Part shown: piece after piece, positions 27,739 through 37,705 of the stretch
How the letters are laid out: each line of letters opens with the position of its first letter
Numbering within the stretch: position 1 is the stretch's first letter
Made by a program: the position numbers and the translations under genes
The notes under the pieces: model-generated
The model's input: the letters and a program-made list of their open reading frames with translations, nothing else
The model's database searches: none
Told to the model about the DNA's origin: nothing
Source of the DNA: Lentisphaerota bacterium
GTDB taxonomy: Bacteria > Verrucomicrobiota > Kiritimatiellia > CAIQIC01 > Lenti-01
Reading direction: 5' to 3'
DNA length: 64,000 nucleotides
Assembly (NCBI GenBank): GCA_012514035.1
Contig: JAAZBB010000015.1
Coordinates: forward strand, 31,077 to 95,076

Positions 27739-28812
27739 ATGCGGGCGATTCATCAAATTGTGGCCGGATTTGCCAATGGCGACGCCATCAGCAACGAGGC
27801 GCGGACGATGCGCGATTTGTTCCGCTCCTGGGGCCATGAATCGCACATTTACTCGGAATTGAAGCGCATCCTGCCTGAACTACGGGGCGACGCCCGTGAT
27901 CTGACGGCCTGCAAGGGCGATTTCCGCCCCGACGACATCGTTCTGCTCCATTTATCCATCGGTTCGGACGTCAATGACATCTTTCCCGCCCTGCCAGGGC
28001 GAAAGGCCATTCTGTACCATAATATCACCCCGCCCGAGTATTTCCGCGGCGTACAGGAGCAAACGGCGCACTTGCTGGCCCGCGGACGCCAGCAGGCCGC
28101 CGCCTTGGCCGGCACCGCCGAGGTCGTCATGGCCGATAGCCGGTTCAATGCCGAAGAAATCGCCGCCATGGGCCATGCCAATCCGCAGGTCCTGCCGTTG
28201 ATGCTGGATTTTTCCCGGCTGCGTGCCAAGGCCGACCGGCGCATCCTGCGGCAATATCGCGACGGCCTGGTGAACATCCTGTTTGTCGGCCGCTGCGCAC
28301 CCAACAAGCGCATTGAAGACCTGCTCAACGCCTTCTACTATTTCCAGCGCTATGTCCAGCCCGCCTCTCGCCTGATCCATGTTGGGTCCTACGCCGGAAT
28401 GGAGCAGTATCATGCGCTGCTGTTGACCCGGAAACGCGAACTGCAGCTCAAGAACGTGGAACTGGTCGGCGCCGTCCGGCAGGATGAATTGAATGCCTAT
28501 TACGCGGTGTCCCGCGCATTCCTGTGCCTGAGCGAGCACGAGGGCTTCTGCATCCCCCTGCTCGAAGCCATGACCCATGATGTGCCCGTCATCGCCTATG
28601 CCGCCGGGGCCGTCCCCGAAACCCTCGACGGTGCCGGCGTCCTCCTCCACGAAAAACGCTTCGACCTCATTGCTGAAACCCTCGGCCGCATCACCGAGGA
28701 CGAACCCCTCCGCAACGCCCTCCTCACCGCCCAGCGCGCCCGCCTCGACCGATATGAGAAGCAAGACCTCGCGGCTAATCTCAGACGCCATTTCGGAGCG
28801 CTGCTTGCTTGA
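27739..28812 (+). CDS. glycosyltransferase family 4
   Basis: EX7E-type motif EGFCIPLLEAMTHDVPVIAYAAGAVPE. First ATG at 27739; the track ORF opens at TTG 27730. Confidence 0.85.
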   Translation: MRAIHQIVAGFANGDAISNEARTMRDLFRSWGHESHIYSELKRILPELRGDARDLTACKGDFRPDDIVLLHLSIGSDVNDIFPALPGRKAILYHNITPPEYFRGVQEQTAHLLARGRQQAAALAGTAEVVMADSRFNAEEIAAMGHANPQVLPLMLDFSRLRAKADRRILRQYRDGLVNILFVGRCAPNKRIEDLLNAFYYFQRYVQPASRLIHVGSYAGMEQYHALLLTRKRELQLKNVELVGAVRQDELNAYYAVSRAFLCLSEHEGFCIPLLEAMTHDVPVIAYAAGAVPETLDGAGVLLHEKRFDLIAETLGRITEDEPLRNALLTAQRARLDRYEKQDLAANLRRHFGALLA

Positions 28813-28838
28813 AATTCAGGCCGGCGGGTCGCGGCGAA

Positions 28839-30059
28839 TCAAGCAGATTCGCTTCGCGATGCCTTGATCCAGGAGCGCAGCAACTTCCGCGCTTTCCCAA
28901 TGCCGCGTACCCACAGGGATGGAGCCGGAGAAATGGGGTATTTCTTCATCAGAACTGGCAATTTCCGGCGAAAGGCATCGCGCAAGAACTTCCGGCGCAG
29001 GGGCGGGCGGGCAAAGGAAAAACGAATGGGCGGGTTTTTGCCGATCGCAGACTCGAAATCCACTTCCGCCAGGAACAGGCGATCGGCAATGTCCTCGATG
29101 GCCTTGAATCCTTTATTGGTCATCAGCACAACCAGCGATGTGCCCCGGTCATCGGTGTCGAATTCGGAATGCAGTGATCCCACGCCCCAGAAATCGGCCA
29201 GTAAAATATCCGCCGGCATGTTGTCCCCCTTGTAGCGGCATTCATAGCAGGTATAGCGGAGGCAAAGGTTCCGCAGGAATGACCACATGAAATAGTTGTG
29301 TCCAAAATACTCTTGGAGCACCTGTCCATTCCGGAGCACCTGCCGGATTTGAAATTTTTTCCAGCCTTTGGCCTTGTTGCGGAAGGAAAAATCGACCACC
29401 GGGGATTCCCGCGCGATATCGCATTGCGCGCGATAGTGCTGAAACCAACCCGGAGAGGAGATGCCGTGGCACGCAACCGCACAGGTCAGTAAATTCGGAT
29501 AATCCGATTGCAGGAACAGGCGCAGGCCTGCCACTTGGCATGGGCATCCGGAAAACAAGACCGTGTGGCCTGCATCCAATGCCTGCCGGATGCCATGATA
29601 GGTTTCAGTTCCGATATCGCTTTGGACATATTTGCTGGTGCGGAAAAGGGGTAACTCCCTGGCGGTGGAAGCCAGCAGGTGGCGGACACCCGTAAAATCC
29701 GGATTGAAGATGGCGCCCGAAACCAACCCGCCCCCGGCGACGACCTGCTCCGCCAAGGCCGTAAATACTCCGCCGGATGAACTGGCCGCGCGGATTTGCG
29801 GATCCAGGTGCCAAGCGGCATACGCCCGGGAGTCATACGGGGGTTCCGGTGCAGGCGGGCGTTCAATCCATGGGCAAACCCGCCGGCATTGGCCGCACCG
29901 CACGCATTTTGCGGAATCGACTTTCGGATAGTCAAACCCCTCCTGGTTGCGAACCATGCCGATGGCTTGTACCGGACAGATCGCCAGGCACGCGCCGCAT
30001 CCGCAGCAAGCGGCCGGATCGCTCGGTTGAATGTGCACAGACTGATGCGCAGGCTTCAA
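28839..30059 (-). CDS. coenzyme F420 hydrogenase/dehydrogenase beta-subunit-like protein (FrhB/FdhB family) with N-terminal 2x[4Fe-4S] ferredoxin domain
   Basis: CCGCGACLAICP and CVRCGQCRRVCP ferredoxin motifs. Divergent from a pyruvyl transferase, as commonly seen in polysaccharide pyruvylation loci. Confidence 0.62.
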   Translation of the reverse strand: MKPAHQSVHIQPSDPAACCGCGACLAICPVQAIGMVRNQEGFDYPKVDSAKCVRCGQCRRVCPWIERPPAPEPPYDSRAYAAWHLDPQIRAASSSGGVFTALAEQVVAGGGLVSGAIFNPDFTGVRHLLASTARELPLFRTSKYVQSDIGTETYHGIRQALDAGHTVLFSGCPCQVAGLRLFLQSDYPNLLTCAVACHGISSPGWFQHYRAQCDIARESPVVDFSFRNKAKGWKKFQIRQVLRNGQVLQEYFGHNYFMWSFLRNLCLRYTCYECRYKGDNMPADILLADFWGVGSLHSEFDTDDRGTSLVVLMTNKGFKAIEDIADRLFLAEVDFESAIGKNPPIRFSFARPPLRRKFLRDAFRRKLPVLMKKYPISPAPSLWVRGIGKARKLLRSWIKASRSESA

Positions 30060-30106
30060 TGTGTGAGTCTATTGCCAAACGCCGGGGTCGGTGGCAAGAT
30101 GTTTCC

Positions 30107-31321
30107 ATGCCGAGGCGCACGAATCAGATTATGAAAGCCCATGGGATTTTGATTTACCGGCACTTCGGCAGTCTGAATCGTGGCAACGAAGCCATTGTGC
30201 GCGGAACCAGCTCCTTGCTGAAAGAAATCTGCGGTCCCGAGCTCCGGATTCGGGTTGCCAGCCGTGCACCCCGGGAGGACCAGCGGGTCTTCCTGCCCGC
30301 GGTGGATGCCATGATGGGCATTGGCAATCCGTGGTCCGGCCATCCGCTGTTGTGGAGACTGCATGCGGCAGTGGAATGGCGGTTGCGGAAGCCAGAACAT
30401 CGCGTAGTCTGGGACAGTCTTCAAACCCTCCGCTGGGCCAGGCGATCGGATGTGTGCCTGTCGGTGGGCGGAGATCTCTATTGTTATAACACTTCACACT
30501 ATTCTTATCCTTTGCAGCGCATTATGCGACGGCTCACGCGCAAGATGGTGCTGTGGGGTTGCTCGATCGAACCGGACCGGGTCGATGAACCCATGCTGGC
30601 AGACTTGCGCCGGTTCGACCTGATTACGGCGCGCGAATCGATTACCCTGGCCGCGTTGCGGGACAAAGGGCTGTTACGGGTGCGGTGGTATCCGGATTCG
30701 GCGTTCCTCATGGAAGAGGACCGACAACCCTTGCCGGCGGGATGGCGGGACGGACAGATGGTCGGGCTTAACGTCAGTCCGCTGATTGAGAGTTATGAAA
30801 GCCAACCCGGAGCCTCGTTGACGGCCTGTCGGGAATTGGTGAGGCACATTCTGGACCATACCGACATGGGGGTCGTGCTGGTGCCTCATGTGACCAAACG
30901 GGAGTCTGACGATCAAATTCCGCTGCGGAAGATATGGGAGGCATTCGCCGCCACTGGCCGGGTTTTTGCATTGTCAGGCGATCTGAATGCACCTCAAATC
31001 AAAGGCTATATCTCCCGTTGTCGCTTTTTCGTGGGTGCGCGCACCCACGCCACCATCGCAGCGTATTCCACGGGCGTGCCCACCCTGGTGTTGGGATACA
31101 GCGTCAAAGCGCGTGGCATTGCCCGGGATTTATTCGGGAACGAACAGGGGCTGGTATTGCCGGTTCAAGATCTGACCGAGCCCCGTTTGTTGGTGCGCCT
31201 GTTCGCGGGATTGCAGCAAAGGGAGACAGCACTCCGGGCACATTTGGCAGCTGTCTTGCCGGGCTATATCCGTGCGGCAAGAGAAGCCGGGTGGGAAATC
31301 TGCCGGCTCCTGCACGAATAG
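30107..31321 (+). CDS. polysaccharide pyruvyl transferase family protein (WcaK/CsaB-like)
   Basis: N-terminal LIYRHFGSLNRGNEAIVRGT. Start set at ATG 30107. The longer track ORF from 29777 overlaps the divergent gene. Confidence 0.68.
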   Translation: MPRRTNQIMKAHGILIYRHFGSLNRGNEAIVRGTSSLLKEICGPELRIRVASRAPREDQRVFLPAVDAMMGIGNPWSGHPLLWRLHAAVEWRLRKPEHRVVWDSLQTLRWARRSDVCLSVGGDLYCYNTSHYSYPLQRIMRRLTRKMVLWGCSIEPDRVDEPMLADLRRFDLITARESITLAALRDKGLLRVRWYPDSAFLMEEDRQPLPAGWRDGQMVGLNVSPLIESYESQPGASLTACRELVRHILDHTDMGVVLVPHVTKRESDDQIPLRKIWEAFAATGRVFALSGDLNAPQIKGYISRCRFFVGARTHATIAAYSTGVPTLVLGYSVKARGIARDLFGNEQGLVLPVQDLTEPRLLVRLFAGLQQRETALRAHLAAVLPGYIRAAREAGWEICRLLHE

Positions 31322-31389
31322 GGGGGGCTGTGCCGGCTTGCCGCGGCATGCATTCTGCCGGCGCTGCGGCGGAAGGAATGTGATGGAAA

Positions 31390-31608
31390 TCAGTTGCTGG
31401 CGTGGGCGGCTCTCCACGCCCCGTGGATTTCATGCCGGGCGAAGATTCTTCCGGGCTGGCGGCCCAGCAGCAGGACGCGCTCGCCGTCCTTGTCGGTCCA
31501 TTCCGTGTTGTTTTGCTCGCACTTTTCGAAGGGCTTGAGCGTGGCGGGATCCGGCAGCCCTTCGACGATGGTGTCAGTCATGACATCCGGGCCCGTGTTG
31601 TAGAGCAC
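31390..31608 (-). pseudogene. duplicated 3' fragment of the GT32 glycosyltransferase gene at 34800-35582
   Basis: The 72-aa ORF is more than 90% identical to the C-terminal 70 aa of the 34800-35582 protein. The underlying 235-bp DNA (31418-31652) is about 96% identical to 34825-35059. Confidence 0.7.
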
Positions 31609-31778
31609 GCCATACTGCGACAGCGGGGCATGGGCGTTGCGCCCCAGGCGTTATAATGGGCCATCTGGCCATTTGTTCTTGGATCCTCGGCGGGCGGAAT
31701 TGAGTGTCCGCCGCGGCAGGCCAACATGCCGCTAGCTTATATTAAGAAACACCCATGGGGTGGCGGGAGGCCGCGATT

Positions 31779-33494
31779 CTATTCATATTTTAGAAACAGC
31801 GGAGTGCCCTTATCGGGTCCACCAGTGATGATGCCGCGATCCACTTGGACTTTGCAGACTTCATCAGCGAGGGTGAGCGGCTCAATCCGGGCATCGAGGA
31901 TGGAGGCATCCTGAAAGAGATGCGCGAAAATCACGGGAAATATGTCCTGCAGGATTTGGATGCCGCCGGCGGACGCTAATTGGGGATCCGGCCAACGTAT
32001 GGCCAGAAAACTGCCATAGCGGTCCTGAATGTCGAGTCTATTGATTTCACTTGCCGGGTACCCTTCCAGGTTAAAGCAGTTTTTTGTGAGATAAGGGCCG
32101 TGGTCTCCCGCCAAGATGATAATGGCATCGGGATGATGCTGGAGGATCGTTTGAACATCCACTTGCATTTCTTGGTTGGCCTTGACGACATCCATTAGAT
32201 AGAGTTGCGTTTCGTCAGGCCGGCATATCCCGGAGTTTTGGCTATGTCCAGGCAGGCGATTATGGCAGTAACAGAAGATGGGCGCTGGATATGGCCGAGA
32301 GAGCGCATCTCTTTTTTCAGCAAGGAAAGAGTCATATGGGGTGGCGTCAAAGGAAATGTCAAATCTGAATTCTCCCTCCCATATCGCCCGGCTGATGATG
32401 TGGGCCGGTTTTGATGTCACCTTGGGATAGTAATAATCGTAGGCGGGAAAGGTGCGCTGGAATACATAGCCCTGGCCGATGATAGCGGTGGTTTGGTACC
32501 CCTGTTCTTTGAAAATGGCAGGTACGGCCGAGTACCCCGCCGTGAACAGCCGGTAATTGCTGTGCGGCAATATACGCACCGGATGCAACACGCGGCTCAT
32601 GGATTTGAGAGTATCGGCGCCAACTGTGTAGGTTCCTTCGTAGATATGAAACCCGTGGCTTTCAAGGAAATCGGTCTGCGGGGAGTTGTCGAATCCATAC
32701 GCATCCAAGGTTTCACGGTTGGCGTATGATTCGTAGATCAGCAAGAAAACATCTGGGCGGTGCAACATGTGTTTGCCGGCAAGAAATGAAAGAAGGGGGG
32801 CCGGCGGGACTTCCGCGGTTGCCGCCCGGTCGGAGCCGTCGCGTGCGCCGGTCTTCCATCCCGCGATTAGGCTGACGGAAAACATGCCAACGACCATGGC
32901 GTAGCATGTTTTTCTGCTGGCCGCGTAGACGCCGGTCAAGGCTGCGATGGTGACAAGCAGAATGGGGCCTTGAACCTTGAAGATTCCTGCTTGATACCAT
33001 CCGAATGCCGAGGAGTACGAGCCCATGTTGAACATGGTGTGGGCGAGTCCCACGCTCGTCAGCATGATGATGTGATTGGGCCATCGCGGAAATGCCAGAG
33101 AAAGCAGCCCCGGACAGGCGATGCAGCAAGCCCCAATAATTGCGGAAAAAAACAGGAAAACGAGAGCCGAATCCATGATTGATAGCATATCTTGATTTGC
33201 CAAAATATACTGAACAATCGGCGTGAGAGGCAGGAGGAGGAGAAGGAGGTCGCCCCAAATGGTTTGTTCGGCTTGGCAGCGGGGTTGAGGTGCGCCCTTA
33301 GGACGGTGAATCCTGCGGACGGTTTGAATAAGCCCTACCCCGATCAGGCCCGCGGCAACGGGCAACAACGCCTTGGACACAAATACCCTGTTGACACCTG
33401 AAGGCAGGAGAAACATGCCAATCGCCATCCAGGCCCCAAGCGTGCACAGCATCGCGAGCCCGCTTATAATCAATTTGTTGTAAGACGGAACCAT
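31779..33494 (-). CDS. membrane-anchored sulfatase-like protein (alkaline-phosphatase superfamily; LTA-synthase/phospho-transferase-like)
   Basis: Five N-terminal transmembrane helices, then a sulfatase-type domain (LLIYESYAN...LAGDHGP). Noticeably lower GC than the surroundings. Confidence 0.58.
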   Translation of the reverse strand: MVPSYNKLIISGLAMLCTLGAWMAIGMFLLPSGVNRVFVSKALLPVAAGLIGVGLIQTVRRIHRPKGAPQPRCQAEQTIWGDLLLLLLPLTPIVQYILANQDMLSIMDSALVFLFFSAIIGACCIACPGLLSLAFPRWPNHIIMLTSVGLAHTMFNMGSYSSAFGWYQAGIFKVQGPILLVTIAALTGVYAASRKTCYAMVVGMFSVSLIAGWKTGARDGSDRAATAEVPPAPLLSFLAGKHMLHRPDVFLLIYESYANRETLDAYGFDNSPQTDFLESHGFHIYEGTYTVGADTLKSMSRVLHPVRILPHSNYRLFTAGYSAVPAIFKEQGYQTTAIIGQGYVFQRTFPAYDYYYPKVTSKPAHIISRAIWEGEFRFDISFDATPYDSFLAEKRDALSRPYPAPIFCYCHNRLPGHSQNSGICRPDETQLYLMDVVKANQEMQVDVQTILQHHPDAIIILAGDHGPYLTKNCFNLEGYPASEINRLDIQDRYGSFLAIRWPDPQLASAGGIQILQDIFPVIFAHLFQDASILDARIEPLTLADEVCKVQVDRGIITGGPDKGTPLFLKYE

Positions 33495-33759
33495 GTCCTG
33501 GCCGGTGATGGTTGTGAAGCTGCGCCCCCGTTTTGCATCAAAGAATGCCCGAACCTGATCCTCGATGGAGAGATCTTGGATCCTGGTGATCTTTTAGAAC
33601 AATCGGTAGATCAATTGGCATTCGAACGCTATGTTTCTTCTGACAAATCAATATGTCATATCCCGATGGCAAGTCAAGCGGGCGGCGACAGTCAAGCGGG
33701 CGGCCGGGCGGCGAGAATGGGTCCTGTCCAGCTCGTCGGAGCCGGTCTGGGCGGGCACC

Positions 33760-34522
33760 CGCCCGGCGCCGCACCTCTTCAAAGAACCGCCCCTTGACGG
33801 GCACCCACGTCTACGTGTGGCTGGACGCGATCTGGCTGAAGCGCAGCTGGGCCGGCGAGGTCCGCAATGTGTCGGTGCTGGTGGCCATCGGCGTGGGGGA
33901 CGAAGGCTACCGGGAAGTGCTGGGCGTGCAGGAAGGGATGAAGGAGGACAAGGAGAGCTGGTCGGACTTCCTGAAGAACCTGCGGGGCCGCGGCCTGAAG
34001 GGCACGGAACTGTTCGTCACGGACAAGTGCCAGGGCCTGGTGGAGTCCGTCGGGGAGATCTTTCCCGAAGCCCGCTGGCAGCCATGCGTGGTGCATTGGT
34101 ACCGCAACGTGCTGCGGACCGTCCCCAAGACGAAGTGGCGGGAGGTGGCGGCCATGCTCAAGGCCATCCACGCCCAGGAAGACCGCCGCGCGGCGCTGCG
34201 CAAGGCGCACGACGTGCACAAGAAGCTGTTGGCCATGAAGCTGGCGAAGGCGGCGCAGATCATGCGCGAAGGCGTCGAGGAGGCCTTGGCCTACATGTCG
34301 TTCCCCCGGGAACACTGGCTCAAGATCCGCACGACCAATCCGCTGGAACGGATCAACCGGGAGATCCGGCGCCGGACCCGCGTGGTGGGCGCCTTCCCCG
34401 ACGGAAACGCGGCCGTTCTGCTGGTGGTAGTCCGATTGCGACATATTGCCGGCACCCGCTGGGGCACGAAAATGTACATGGACGTGAAACGCCTGGAAAA
34501 CCGGAAGGAGACCGCCGCCTGA
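33760..34522 (+). mobile_element. IS256-family transposase, N-terminally truncated remnant
   Basis: NRPLTGTHVYVWLDAIWLKRSWAGEVRNVSVLVAIGV...DGYREVLG matches the DDE region of the IS256/mutator family from the first Asp onward. The roughly 150 N-terminal residues are missing and no intact inverted repeats were seen. Confidence 0.8.
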
Positions 34523-34799
34523 CCTGGCGAAAATTTCCTCGGGGGGATTCCCCCCGGGAAGGAAGAAGAGAGCAAGCCATGCCTCAACCGAGAACCTGTC
34601 TCAAACCAAAGTGCGAAATATTCTGGACACTACCCTTGGTAACAATGAGGGCGCGGTAACTTATTTGAAGCCAAAACAGCTTCCTCGAATGCTTAATGCG
34701 TGACGCAAGACCCAGAAGGCCAACTTGTGCAAGTAAACGTTTCCCCAGCTGATATAATGTCATGAGATATCTCGAGTGATCGGTCTGCAAATTGGAATG

Positions 34800-35582
34800 C
34801 TATTTTGCATGCGCCTCGCGCCATGCCCCGTGGATTTCATGCCGGGCGAAGGTTTTGCCGGGCTGGCGGCCCAGCAGCAGGACGCGCTCGCCGTCCTTGT
34901 CGATCCATTCCGTATTGTTGTGCTCGCACTTTTCGAAGGGCTTGAGCGTGGCGGGATCCGGCAGCCCTTCGACGATGGTGTCAGTCATGACATCCGGCCC
35001 CGTGTTGTAGAGCACGCCATACTGCGACAGCGGGGCATGGGCGTTGCGCCCCAGGCGTTCCTGAATCCGGTTCAGGCACCGGGCCAGAATGGGCGAGTGG
35101 GGACGGCGGCTCCAGAAGACATAGTTGGCGATCCGCACGTTGTATTCCGGAACCTCCCCGCGAAACTCCCGGGTCATGGCCATGTTTTTCTGGACGGCCT
35201 CGTCGCTGTTTACGAATTCCGTCCAAGCCACGAAATCGGGTCCAGTTGGCACGGGCTTGCGTCCCCATTCAATATCGTGGTCGGAATAGATGCCCGCGCG
35301 GTCGTAGATCAGCAGCAAACGCAGGATGTCGGATCGCATCACCGGCGACGTGTAGGGTGCCCAGAAAAGTTCATAAATTCCCGGGAATTGGTCTTGATGC
35401 CGGGCCAAAAGGGCCCGGGTCTCGGCTTGACTGGACCACAGGATGACTTTTGCGCCCCGCGGCTTCCGTTTGTCCAGCGATCGCAAGTACCCGGTCGGAA
35501 TCGGATTGCCGTCGTTTTCCAGCCAGATCTTGTAAACTAGAACGACTGACTGAGGGGCAAAAGGCCAGCGGAAGAATTTCAT
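34800..35582 (-). CDS. glycosyltransferase family 32-like (DXD sugar-binding region)
   Basis: LLLIYDRAGIYSDHDIEW resembles the Gly_transf_sug DxD region. Start set at MKFFRWPF (ATG 35582). Confidence 0.58.
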   Translation of the reverse strand: MKFFRWPFAPQSVVLVYKIWLENDGNPIPTGYLRSLDKRKPRGAKVILWSSQAETRALLARHQDQFPGIYELFWAPYTSPVMRSDILRLLLIYDRAGIYSDHDIEWGRKPVPTGPDFVAWTEFVNSDEAVQKNMAMTREFRGEVPEYNVRIANYVFWSRRPHSPILARCLNRIQERLGRNAHAPLSQYGVLYNTGPDVMTDTIVEGLPDPATLKPFEKCEHNNTEWIDKDGERVLLLGRQPGKTFARHEIHGAWREAHAK

Positions 35583-35854
35583 GATGGAATCCGTTCGAAG
35601 AACTGGTGTTGGGTTGTCTGCCGCTCTGGCGCGAATTCGCATGTCCAATCGGCGCGAGCCGGTTCATCTCTTGAAGCCAAGCAGATCGTCGGGCAAACCA
35701 CAAGACAGATGTCCAGGGCATGGAAATCCTCATGGCGCGCTCCCCAGGTTCCGCCGTCTTCATCAGCGGGACACAGAAGGGCGCCAAACGGAAAGAACCG
35801 GAGTCCGGTCCCCCGGCCGCTTCCATTGAACAAAGCATGTGTTGACCACCGGCC

Positions 35855-37678
35855 ATGCCCGGGATGACGGGGTTGCGAAATCTGAGCAGCCGACGGCGGT
35901 CATTTCACCTGCTCCGGCGGATGCATTTGGCGCTTTCTCTGCTTTGCGGTTCCCTTTACTATCACGGTGAAATGAACTGGGGAGTCACAATGGCCAGAAG
36001 AGCATCCGGCATAACGAATCTGATCCAGACGGCGCAGCATGGGCTCCGGGCCATAATCCGCCGCAGGTGGCTGCGATACGCGTGCTATGGTTCGGCCGGG
36101 GTGTTCATGTATCTGGCTCAGTGTTCCGCCTTGCATTTGAATCTGAACGGTGGAGATGCGTTCATGGGGGGGCATGACATAACCGCGCATTACATCGGAT
36201 GGCAATTTTATCGGGCAGAGCCATGGGGACTTCCTCTGGGAAGAATTCAGAGTTACATGCACCCTTTCGGAACAACAATTACCCAGACGGATTCCATTCC
36301 CTGGGTGGCGGCAATCGCCAAATTGTTTTCAAGATGGCTGCCGCAGAAGTTTCAGTATTTTGGGTGGTGGACCCTATTCTGCTTTATCATGCAGGGCGTG
36401 ATGGCCGGCCGGCTTTTCGACGCGCGTTTCAGGTCTTTCCTGGCAACGATGGCCGCCGTGACCCTCCTGCTGTTGAGCCCGCCCATGATGTACCGGCTGT
36501 TTTTCCACTCGGCGCTTGTGGCGCACTGGCTGCTGCTCTGGGCCGTTTATCTGTTTCTGGAAGCGTTGGATGGCCGTTCACACTGGCGGGAATGGGTCCT
36601 GAATCTGTCCCTCAGCATCGTCACCCATCCCTATCTGTTCGCCATGAATTTCATGATGGGATTTTGGTGCACGGTTCATGCGGTATGCGACCACCGTGCC
36701 CATCCCCTGAATAGATGGAGCCTGGTGCATGCGGCCCTGCCGTGCCTGTGCAGCCTCGCAGCGGGTTTCGTGTTCGGGGTGTTTTCTTCCATCGGGAAGG
36801 CCCCGGCCATCGGGCTGGGCGTTTGGTCTGCCAATTTGAATGCTTTTTTCAATCCCATGGATTGGTCCGTTTTTTTGAAGGGTCTCGATTACCTGAAAGG
36901 GCAATACGCGGGTTTTGCCTATCCGGGACTCGGGGTCCTCCTGGCGGGATTCATGGCGCTGATCTTGGTGGCGGCGCGCTGGCGGGCGCATGAGTTCCAG
37001 GCCGCAGGCAGGAAACTGATCTTTCTGGCGTTGGTTGTCCTGTCGCTGATGGCCTTTGCCGTCGGGCCGAAGGTGGCCTTCGGTTCGAGGGAGTTGTTCT
37101 CCTATGAGCTCCCGCATGGCCTCATGGAAATGTGGTCGATCTTCCGGGCCACAGGTCGCTTTGTCTGGCCCGTGTGCTACTTGTTGGTTTTTATCAGCCT
37201 GTTGCAGTACTGGCGCGGGTTGGATGTCCTGTCCCGTGGCCGTCAGAGCCGGAATGTCTTGGCGATGTGGCTGTTGGTGCTCATCCAGGTGGCGGATTTG
37301 TCATGGGCGGCGCGGATACGCAGGTGGCAGCATTCCCTGCCCCGGCAATATACGCCCACTCTGGTTGATTCCGCCTGGGAGCGCCTCGGCGATCGTTATA
37401 AGCATCTGATTGCATTGCCGCTTGACTACTCCCGATACGATGAACTGGCCCTGATTGCGGTGCGGAACGGCATGACACTCAATTATGGCTACGTATCCCG
37501 TGAACATCCTGACTACGTGGCCAAGGCCGAAGAAGACATTCGCAAATTGTGTCAGGGCGTGCCTGATGCCCAGACGGCGTACGTCATCAAGACAGAGGAC
37601 CTTCTGGCCCGGATCCAAACGGCCAATCCCCAATTAAATGCGACCTGCGCGGATGGCTTTTGGCTGGTGGCGCCGTGA
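35855..37678 (+). CDS. large polytopic membrane protein (possible GT-C-like glycosyl transferase/polymerase)
   Basis: More than 12 predicted transmembrane helices. Sits in a glycosyltransferase locus. Start uncertain: in-frame ATGs at 35855, 35921 and 35990. Confidence 0.45.
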   Translation: MPGMTGLRNLSSRRRSFHLLRRMHLALSLLCGSLYYHGEMNWGVTMARRASGITNLIQTAQHGLRAIIRRRWLRYACYGSAGVFMYLAQCSALHLNLNGGDAFMGGHDITAHYIGWQFYRAEPWGLPLGRIQSYMHPFGTTITQTDSIPWVAAIAKLFSRWLPQKFQYFGWWTLFCFIMQGVMAGRLFDARFRSFLATMAAVTLLLLSPPMMYRLFFHSALVAHWLLLWAVYLFLEALDGRSHWREWVLNLSLSIVTHPYLFAMNFMMGFWCTVHAVCDHRAHPLNRWSLVHAALPCLCSLAAGFVFGVFSSIGKAPAIGLGVWSANLNAFFNPMDWSVFLKGLDYLKGQYAGFAYPGLGVLLAGFMALILVAARWRAHEFQAAGRKLIFLALVVLSLMAFAVGPKVAFGSRELFSYELPHGLMEMWSIFRATGRFVWPVCYLLVFISLLQYWRGLDVLSRGRQSRNVLAMWLLVLIQVADLSWAARIRRWQHSLPRQYTPTLVDSAWERLGDRYKHLIALPLDYSRYDELALIAVRNGMTLNYGYVSREHPDYVAKAEEDIRKLCQGVPDAQTAYVIKTEDLLARIQTANPQLNATCADGFWLVAP

Positions 37679-37705
37679 CTCCAGCCGGAATGCAAAGGTT
37701 TGCGC

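Noticed and set aside
29777-30106. 110-codon N-terminal extension of the pyruvyl-transferase ORF.
   Set aside because: It overlaps the divergent FrhB-like gene. Homology to pyruvyl transferases begins near MKAHGILIYRHFGS, so an ATG at 30107 or 30131 is preferred.
33631-34659. 342-aa ORF in an alternative frame over the IS256 remnant, plus the N-terminal ~35 codons of 33653..34522.
   Set aside because: Transposase homology is confined to one frame from about 33760. The alternative frame is Arg/Gly-rich shadow sequence.
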